From Candidatus Bilamarchaeaceae archaeon (lineage in GTDB: Archaea > Micrarchaeota > Micrarchaeia > Anstonellales > Bilamarchaeaceae): DNA of 18,530 nucleotides. The stretch's first letter is position 1; each line of letters begins with the position of its first letter. The position numbers and the translations under genes were made by a program. Shown here piece after piece: positions 7,408 to 14,209 of this stretch. Below the pieces are notes generated by a model. That model was given only the letters and a program-made list of their open reading frames with translations, was not told the DNA's origin and did not search any database. Location of the stretch: positions 1-18,530 of the forward strand of contig JAWCKZ010000013.1 of the NCBI GenBank assembly GCA_038851325.1, read 5' to 3'.

Positions 7408-8240
7408 GTACTGGTTCTTGGTACGAGCACGAAGGATCGCTCCATTCTCTTTTTTCATGGATCCCTGGACTCAATGGAGTTTCCCTTCAGAGTTTCGCCT
7501 GCTTCTCCTCATAATGAGACTCCACAGGTTTACTCTCCTCAGACGGCCGCAGCCGCTCCACCTATCCAAAGATGTCAGAGAATGGCTTGCGTTACCGCAC
7601 CTACCTTCGTGGGGCCGGAATATTAACCGGCTTCCCTAATTTCGCAGGGTCGGAATTACCTCCCTGCTTAGGATCGCCTAACCCTCGGCTGACGAACATT
7701 GCCAAGGAAACCTTGCCCTATAAGGTGTCTAGGATTCTCACCTAGATATTGCTGTTACTAACACCAGGATATTCATAACAGGACGCTCCATAGGATCTCA
7801 CGACCCTACTTCTAAACGACCCGTTCGCCCCCCTACCCCATAGGCTTTTGGCCTGGGTTGGGTATCGGAAGCTGGCTTAGCCCCGGGAATCTTCAGAGCC
7901 TGCACTCTCGGCCGGTCCGCTATTACGCGTTGTTTAAAGGATGGCTGCTTCTAAGCCTACCTCCCGGCTGTCTGGGAATGGAGGCTCCTTTACAGTTCGC
8001 ACTTAGCCAGCATTTAGGGTCCTTAACCCAACGCACGGTCATTCCCGTAAAGGTCTACAAGCTTACCCCGTAGACCCCACTGCCTCCTTCTTAGGAGATG
8101 AAGCATTCGGAGTTTGAAAAGACAGTGATTCCTTTCGGAACCGCTCTGTCTAATCAGTGCTCTACCTCTCCATCCTCCTCCAGAGACGCTGTACTGAGAT
8201 ACATCTTGGAGGGAACTCGCTATTGCCACGTTCGACAGGA

Positions 8241-8283
8241 ACCGATCAATTTTGGTCCTTTCTAAAAACCTGACCAAAATTGT
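8241..8283 (-). other. 23S intron, 43 nt, after ~G784 (H35a); strict hBHBh'
   Basis: GG UGAU AG^A CAAUUUUGGUC...GACCAAAAUUG AUCG GU^U CC. Confidence 0.92.
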
Positions 8284-8317
8284 CTATCACCCCTACACCC
8301 AAGTCACCTAAGGGGAT

Positions 8318-8357
8318 TTTGGCCGCGCTCCATCCCATACGTTGGGCTGTTGCGCGT
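8318..8357 (-). other. 23S intron, 40 nt, near ~750 (H35 loop)
   Basis: GG UGGU AU^A CGCGC...GCGCG GCCA AA^A UC. Confidence 0.87.
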
Positions 8358-9096
8358 ATACCACCACTAGTTGCGGGCCTCCACCGGTCGTCAAACCGGC
8401 TTCGCCCTGCTCGGGCGTAGATCACAATGGCTTCGGGTCTTGCAAGAGTGACTGAACGCGAGTTACCACGTCGCCCCTCGCCCCTTGCGGGGTTGCGGGC
8501 ACTCGGTTTCCCTTCGGCTTTCGCCTCGCCACGCCTGCAAACTCCCTGGCTCTTGCTTCGAGAAGAAAGACACGACACTGGTTAAACCGCATAGCTTCCG
8601 CCGTTACCAGAGGTCGCTTCTGCGGCCCTACCCTTTTGCGCCGTGCCATCCTGTAACCACCTAGTTTCAGGTCTTTTGACACCGGTTCCCCGGTTCTTTT
8701 CACCTTTCGCTCGCGCTACTGAATGCGCTATCGGTCTCATGCCCCATATTTAGACTTGGAGGTTGATACCCCCATATTCATGCCCCCTATCCAGAGGACA
8801 CTACTCATCGGGTTCCCTCCTTCCTCCTTCCCCTACGGGACTGTCACCCGCTATGGTACAGCATTCCAGCTGACTTCGGGTCAGAGAAAGGATAGTACTA
8901 TCCCCACCACATCCGCCGTCGCATTGCTGCAACGGAGTTCGGGACGGTCTGTCCGGCTTTCAGTCGTCTTACTAACCGGATCCCAATTGGTTTCTTTTCG
9001 TTCCCCTACTAAGACGCTTCATTTCAGGGACTTCCTACACTCCTCAGTTGCCCAAGGAGTGCACAGCCAGATTCTCGGATCAAAGCCTGCGTGCGG

Positions 9097-9142
9097 TTTG
9101 GCCACGATGTGAGCGCGTGCCTAAAAACCCTCACGTTCGTGT
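9097..9142 (-). other. 23S intron, 46 nt, near ~85 (H7)
   Basis: GGGU AG^A CACGA...UCGUG GCCA AA^C. Splicing restores GGGUAG-CCGCACG. Confidence 0.88.
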
Positions 9143-9266
9143 CTACCCAAGACTTATCGCAGCTTGCCACGTGGCCGTGCGGGCACAAGCCCAGGCATCC
9201 ACTAGGTGGCGCAAATCTAGGTCAAACTCAGTTCCATCTCGGAAACGAATTAGACTCATGCATCTT

Positions 9267-9286
9267 CTGCTGTTATCCCTTCCACT
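9267..9286 (-). other. 5' arm of the pre-23S processing stem (pairs with 5537-5558)
   Basis: CTGCTGTTATCC (9267-9278) is the reverse complement of GGATAACAGCAG (5547-5558). TCCACT (9281-9286) pairs with AGTGGA (5537-5542). Confidence 0.8.
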
Positions 9287-9339
9287 CAACATACTCTCTG
9301 GAAACCAGAGAGAGAACACACCCTGTAGATGTGTAACCG

Positions 9340-9418
9340 ACACTCACAGTCCCATATATCGGGTCTGTTTCGTGTTCCAACACTCACAGTCCCATATATC
9401 GGGCTGTTTCGTGTTCCA
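9340..9418. repeat. Tandem duplicated 40/39-bp hairpin in the 23S 5' leader
   Basis: ACACTCACAGTCCCATATATCGGG(T)CTGTTTCGTGTTCCA at 9340-9379 and 9380-9418, differing by one indel. Confidence 0.9.
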
Positions 9419-9470
9419 TCGCGCATCAATTCGCGCTCATAGGAATAGCAGGCTATATTAAGAGGATATC

Positions 9471-9487
9471 TATTTATAAACGTTTCG
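9471..9487 (-). promoter_or_regulatory. BRE-TATA promoter of the 23S transcript
   Basis: The - strand reads CGAAACG-TTTATAAATA, giving a predicted TSS near 9450. Confidence 0.7.
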
Positions 9488-9555
9488 TCTCAACGATTAC
9501 ATTTTGATAAACTTTTTAAAACATTTCAAACAGCCTGTTAAAATAGAGAACCGGG

Positions 9556-11400
9556 TCATTTCATCCTCTTCATCGAAAGGGCTGCGAGCATGGTGAAAAC
9601 GACTGCATAGAGTAAAAGAACACCAAAGCCGATAGCCTGCGGCGAATGATAAAGAATGACAGACTGCATACTGAACACTGCTTGGGTCAGGGGCGACGCC
9701 TGACCTGCGAGCGCTATCGCAGAGGGCATAAATTCAAACGGGAATACAAGCCCGCTGAGGAACAAAAGTGGCAGACCAACAACAAGCGACGCAAGGAACG
9801 CAGTTGCCTCTGACTCAGCGTAGACCGCCACAAGCACGCCGATTGCCGTGAACGCAAGGAGCAGAAGAACAAGCGTTTCAAAAATGAATATTACGGTGCT
9901 AACATCAAAGAGAGGAAACGCTGAATATACTATCGCAGCAGCGATTGTAAGCAGGATGGCTTCAGGAATTAAAACTATGGTGTAGCTGAGCACTTTTATT
10001 GTTGTATATTCTATCGGATTAACTTGAGAAAATGTAATTCTAGCAAGTGTTCCGCTATTTTTCTCGCGAACTAGCGAAGTCGACGAGAGGAAAAGCGCAA
10101 CGAACATGAGTATCATGGGGAGCAAACTTGGAAGAAGAAAATCGAAGAATGTCCTCTGACCAAAAAGATAGTTTGACGAAAGCAGAATTGGTGAAACTAC
10201 AGATTCTGCTCTTCTTGATGTTATCTCGTTTATCTGCTTCCTGCTCTGCACAATTATGCTCTCCAACTCATAACTTTTTTCTATTGTTTCACTCAGTGAG
10301 GAGTTCACCTCACGTATGGTCAAAAGAGCCGTTTCTCTGCTCCTCACAAGGCCGTAGACAAAGTTTCGCATGTTGCTCACCCTTCTTTCCGCATCCGCTA
10401 CTCCTGCCTTTGCATACGATATATCTGTTTTGAAATTCTGTATTGTTGCGTTTGCCTCGGCAAGGCTTGCCCTTGCCTCACGGGTTTTTGCAAGTCTTGC
10501 CTCAACAGATGTCTTTGCTGAGCTTACCTCTGAAGCAAGCAAGTCGAGCGAGAAGCAGTATGGTACGAAAAGGGGGTCAGAGCAGTTTATACCTGCCTTT
10601 GCAGTCGCTATGTAATCACTTGCATTCGTTAGTGTCTTGTTCATTTCCATTAGATCTGATTCTGTGCTTTTCAGTTCTTCGTCGTATTCTGCAAACTTCG
10701 ATTCGATTTCAGTGAGATTACTCTCGGCTGACAAAAGCGCTTCAAGCGTTCTGTTGATCGTTGAGTTCGCAACCTCCAGCTCATTTTCAACAATCGTAAA
10801 ATTTATCTGCGCCAGCGAATTCGAAGTCTCCTGGAGTCTGGTGCGCATCTCCATTGCTCGCCCTCTTGTTTGATTAACGCCCATAAGCAGATTTTCAAGT
10901 TGTTCATCCGCATCATTAAGCCGTGCCCAAACTGTAAGTATGAACTCTGTCCCGATCTCCTGACCGGTTTCTTGGACAGCCGCCTTCATGAACGCTTCTA
11001 TAGATGGCCATGTCTGAATCCTTGAATTGTCCACGAATATTGTAAGGTTCTGCGATTCTCCTTCCACAATTCCGCGCTCAAAGCCAGCTGGTATGACAAC
11101 CGCTGCTGCGAGCCTTCCTTCGCGCACTTCTCTTTCGGCAAAATAACTGCAGCTTGTGACATTGCTATAATCTATGATCTTTGTATTGTTCGAGATACTA
11201 CCAACAAAAAGTTTTGATATTGTGCTATTATCAAGGTCGCATAAACCAATTGCCGTTCTGCCTATATCAACAGAAGTCCGACCGAAAACACCACCAAGTA
11301 TGAGAAGGACTATGATTGGCACTGCAAAAAGAAGGACAAGGGTACGGCTTTCCCTGAAGAACTGCTTTGCATCCTTCTCGATTTCACTTTTTAGTTTCAA
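9556..11400 (-). CDS. ABC-2 type exporter permease with a long extracellular coiled coil (YhgE/Pip-like architecture)
   Basis: N-terminal TM, DLDNS and IPAGF motifs, ~230 aa of heptad-rich sequence, then VREKNSGTLARI, LSGLVFPFE and further TMs. The TTG start overlaps the ATPase stop. Confidence 0.85.
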   Translation of the reverse strand: MKLKSEIEKDAKQFFRESRTLVLLFAVPIIVLLILGGVFGRTSVDIGRTAIGLCDLDNSTISKLFVGSISNNTKIIDYSNVTSCSYFAEREVREGRLAAAVVIPAGFERGIVEGESQNLTIFVDNSRIQTWPSIEAFMKAAVQETGQEIGTEFILTVWARLNDADEQLENLLMGVNQTRGRAMEMRTRLQETSNSLAQINFTIVENELEVANSTINRTLEALLSAESNLTEIESKFAEYDEELKSTESDLMEMNKTLTNASDYIATAKAGINCSDPLFVPYCFSLDLLASEVSSAKTSVEARLAKTREARASLAEANATIQNFKTDISYAKAGVADAERRVSNMRNFVYGLVRSRETALLTIREVNSSLSETIEKSYELESIIVQSRKQINEITSRRAESVVSPILLSSNYLFGQRTFFDFLLPSLLPMILMFVALFLSSTSLVREKNSGTLARITFSQVNPIEYTTIKVLSYTIVLIPEAILLTIAAAIVYSAFPLFDVSTVIFIFETLVLLLLAFTAIGVLVAVYAESEATAFLASLVVGLPLLFLSGLVFPFEFMPSAIALAGQASPLTQAVFSMQSVILYHSPQAIGFGVLLLYAVVFTMLAALSMKRMK

Positions 11401-12340
11401 CCTTAACAGCCTCCTTAAGCTGCGCGCCCGTTAGCTTCAAAAACACATCCTCAAGCGATGGCTTTGAGACCGAAAGCTCGATTATTTTTTCTTTGCCCTT
11501 TGTAAATGCTTTTGTTATCTCACTTACCTTTGATGCGATGTTGTCTGATTCAACAACAATACCGTGTTCTGTTGCAGTTACGTTTTCGATCCCTTTTATC
11601 GCTCTGATGGCCGGCTCGAGCTTCGCGTACTCGCCAGGTAAGCTTTTTACCTTTGCCATTTCACGCCCAGCCATCTTCTTGAGCTCCTCAGGACTTCCCT
11701 CTGCCACCACCTGACCTGCGTTTATAAACGCTATCCTGTCGCAGAGCGCTTCCGCTTCTTCCATGTAGTGCGTAGTAAGAAGAATTGTCGTTTCGTTATC
11801 TTTAATCAGCTCTGTTATCGTTTTCCACATCTTCCTTCTTGTTACAGGATCGAGTCCTGTCGTGGGCTCATCCAATATAATTAATTTCGGCTCATGCATA
11901 AGAGCGCATGCAAGATTAAGTCGCCGCGCCATCCCACCGCTTAAATACCTGGTTTGGACGTTCTTCTTTTCAGCAAGTCCGAGATCTGCGAGAAGGCGCT
12001 CTGCCTTTTCATTTGCTTTCTTTCCAGTCACACCGTAAAGAGAACCGAAGTAGAGAAGATTTTCCATGCACGTTAGTAAGGGATAAATCGCATTTTCCTG
12101 CGGCACCACGCCGATTTTTTTCCTGCTTTCTCCAGAAGCTGGCTTGCCGAAAAGCATGACCTTTCCAGAATCTGCCTCTTCAAGCCCAGCAAGAATTCGT
12201 ATAAATGTGCTCTTGCCTGCACCATTTGGTCCAAGAAGACCGAATATCCCTCCTTGATTTATTTTCACTGAAAAATTATATAGAGTGACCTTTCCCGGAT
12301 ATGTCTTAACAAGACTCTCAGCCTCCACCACTACCGACAT
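11384..12340 (-). CDS. ABC transporter ATP-binding protein (DrrA/CcmA-like)
   Basis: Walker A GPNGAGKST, signature LSGGM, Walker B IILDEPT, H-loop TTH and C-terminal PSLEDVFLKLTG. Confidence 0.96.
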   Translation of the reverse strand: MSVVVEAESLVKTYPGKVTLYNFSVKINQGGIFGLLGPNGAGKSTFIRILAGLEEADSGKVMLFGKPASGESRKKIGVVPQENAIYPLLTCMENLLYFGSLYGVTGKKANEKAERLLADLGLAEKKNVQTRYLSGGMARRLNLACALMHEPKLIILDEPTTGLDPVTRRKMWKTITELIKDNETTILLTTHYMEEAEALCDRIAFINAGQVVAEGSPEELKKMAGREMAKVKSLPGEYAKLEPAIRAIKGIENVTATEHGIVVESDNIASKVSEITKAFTKGKEKIIELSVSKPSLEDVFLKLTGAQLKEAVKVETKK

Positions 12341-12354
12341 GGATGAACATTCCG

Positions 12355-12624
12355 TTACTTTTTGTATGCCCCATTCGCTACGATGATGCCTCCAAGTAGT
12401 AAGAGAATCACTGTGGGGCTGCAGTATAGCCCTTCTTTGTACTCTTCGCTAATGCAATCCGAAATACACTTGGAATATGCGTTAGTAGCAACGTCCCTAC
12501 AATGGTCATTTTCCAAAGTACCACCATTAGAGATGCAACAGTACTCCCTGCACTCTTCTAAACCCTTTGCAGACGCTACAGACACAACCATAAGAATTGT
12601 CAGAATAAAAAATAGGCGTTTCAT
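12355..12624 (-). CDS. Small secreted Cys-rich protein with a C-terminal membrane anchor
   Basis: Signal peptide MKRLFFILTILMVVSVASA, 7 Cys, and a C-terminal CSP-TM-KK segment. GGTGG upstream of ATG 12624. Confidence 0.75.
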   Translation of the reverse strand: MKRLFFILTILMVVSVASAKGLEECREYCCISNGGTLENDHCRDVATNAYSKCISDCISEEYKEGLYCSPTVILLLLGGIIVANGAYKK

Positions 12625-12688
12625 AAAACCACCTTTGCGTTGTATCACTTCGACAAGATTTAAATATCTTACAGGTCCTGTGGCAGCG

Positions 12689-12821
12689 GTCTAAGAATTT
12701 CCTTATTCGTGAATTTTGTTCTCTAAGACATGCATGAGGTAATCCGTGTATTTTTCCTGATTTTGGTGGCTGGTCATGTAGAGGAATGCCTGCATAGTTG
12801 GTGGATTTTTAAACTCTTACG
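12689..12821. repeat. Dispersed intergenic element, copy A
   Basis: GTCTAAGAATT-N11-GAATTTT ... GGTGGATTTTTAAACTCTTACG; both ends match copy B. Confidence 0.65.
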
Positions 12822-12921
12822 GTTCTGTAAGGATGACGTAATACTTTAAAAGTTTAAGTGGCATTTTTAAATTCTGCTTCGCATAAGAAATGCGTAAGAA
12901 ATCAAACCTAGAGGTGAACAA

Positions 12922-13200
12922 ATGGATATCAAGTTCCTCAAAAAAGAAAAAAACATGCTAGAAGTGGAAATAGGCGACGTAGACACTTCACTTTTGGGCT
13001 TGCTGGTTGAAAAATTAAACAAGTCAAGTGGAGTGGAATTTGCAGCCTATAAGATGGAGCACCCGCTCATCAGCACCCCAAGACTCATAATAAAAACAAA
13101 GGGTAATACAAGCGCGCTGGAGGTCGCGGCAGATGCTCTCGACGAAATAAAGAAGGAAACACAGGAATTCAAAAAGAAATTTTCAGAGATGCTCAAATGA
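12922..13200 (+). CDS. rpoL: RNA polymerase subunit Rpo11 (L)
   Basis: VEFAAYKMEHPL motif, 92 aa, GAGGTGA Shine-Dalgarno. Confidence 0.93.
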   Translation: MDIKFLKKEKNMLEVEIGDVDTSLLGLLVEKLNKSSGVEFAAYKMEHPLISTPRLIIKTKGNTSALEVAADALDEIKKETQEFKKKFSEMLK

Positions 13201-14195
13201 ACTTGAACGAATGCATCAGCGATTTCATAAAGAAAAATTTTGGGCTGACACTTGTATTGACTACCCTGGCTATTTATCTAATTCTAAAAGGATTCTTGGT
13301 CGGAAAGCAGTATGGTTGGGTGGACATTTTTTTCGGCGCAGTCATATTAATTGAGATAGCATCTACAGTGTTTCTGGAAATAAAAGAAGGAGCAGAAAAA
13401 CACGGGTGGAAGCATGAAATCATAGACACAGTGCTCGCACTTGCTATCGGTCTGGCCATCTGGATTACGGCCCAGTTTCTTCTCAACACCAGTACACCAA
13501 TATCTGGCGTAGTCTCATGCAGCATGCTGAATGATCTGCAAAGAGGAGATTTTGTTATCGTTCAAGGCGGGGATATAAAAGCTCCAGAAGTAGAGCTGAC
13601 CGAGAGTGAGTATCGAGCTATGCTCGGTGGTCCTTTCCATGTAAGTTCTGGGGAAACAAATACCACCGTTAACTTTCCGTTCCACACCTACTGCACCTGC
13701 CACCCAACAGACTCGAGATGCGTTGCGTTTTATAACACTGACACAGAATTTGTTGAGAGTGTGGGGCCTGCAATTTATCATTACAAGTGGTGTACTGTAA
13801 ACCACACAAGAGAGAGAATAAGCAGAAAAATACGCTGTCTTGATTATGTCGAAATAAAAGGAAAGCGGTTCGCGATGGCAGATAAGAACAACGATGTAAT
13901 CGTTTACACGCCGCGCCAAACAGACTTATATGCGCGTGTTGGTGATATCGTGCATAGAACAGTAGCACGGTTAAGGGTGGGTAACAATACGTACTATCTC
14001 ACTGGAGGAGATAATAATCCTGTTCTTGATGCTCAAGTATACGAATGCAGTACGGGAATAGGGAATCAACCTGTACCTGCGTCCAACATAAAAGGAAAAG
14101 TTATAGCAAGAATTCCGTACCTAGGCTACCTAAAACTGTTTATTGCTGGCTACTGGAAGGAAGATCAACAGTGCAGCTGGACCTTGGAAAGATAG
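13197..14195 (+). CDS. Signal peptidase I (S26, Sec11-like) with extra TMs and a Cys-rich insert
   Basis: VVSCSM (catalytic Ser), RGDFV, IVHR (catalytic His), GDNN and IKGKV..RIPYLGY. Confidence 0.85.
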   Translation: MNLNECISDFIKKNFGLTLVLTTLAIYLILKGFLVGKQYGWVDIFFGAVILIEIASTVFLEIKEGAEKHGWKHEIIDTVLALAIGLAIWITAQFLLNTSTPISGVVSCSMLNDLQRGDFVIVQGGDIKAPEVELTESEYRAMLGGPFHVSSGETNTTVNFPFHTYCTCHPTDSRCVAFYNTDTEFVESVGPAIYHYKWCTVNHTRERISRKIRCLDYVEIKGKRFAMADKNNDVIVYTPRQTDLYARVGDIVHRTVARLRVGNNTYYLTGGDNNPVLDAQVYECSTGIGNQPVPASNIKGKVIARIPYLGYLKLFIAGYWKEDQQCSWTLER

Positions 14196-14209
14196 ATCGC
14201 TCGCTCGTA

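Larger units (their letters stand above)
5563..9238 (-). rRNA. rrl: 23S rRNA gene (stand-alone) with ten introns; ends given include the terminal helix
   Basis: The reverse complement has the sarcin-ricin loop AGUACGAGAGGAAC (~5787-5800), PTC segments GAGCUGGGUU and UAACAGG, the P-loop CUGGGGCGG and H69 GGUAACUCUGACCCUCUUAAGGUAGC. Ends 5563-5578 and 9222-9238 are complementary. The 3676-nt span minus 747 nt of inserts is ~2929 nt. Confidence 0.98.

Noticed and set aside
7283..7474. Homing endonuclease in the 263-nt intron
   Set aside because: The 63-aa ORF starts in exon sequence and has no LAGLIDADG, HNH or GIY-YIG motif, and the intron is too short.
8570..8650. An eleventh insert in the H25 region
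   Set aside because: Length and layout fit the normally extended archaeal H25, with no BHB-type junction.
5865..9142. Group I/II introns or C/D-box guide RNAs
   Set aside because: Most inserts are 40-54 nt and end in A, not the omega-G of group I introns. No catalytic core is recognisable, and no RUGAUGA/CUGA pair was found on the transcribed strand.
5670..9461. ORFs of 60-137 aa across the rRNA region
   Set aside because: Chance frames within the 23S gene and its leader, with no protein motifs.
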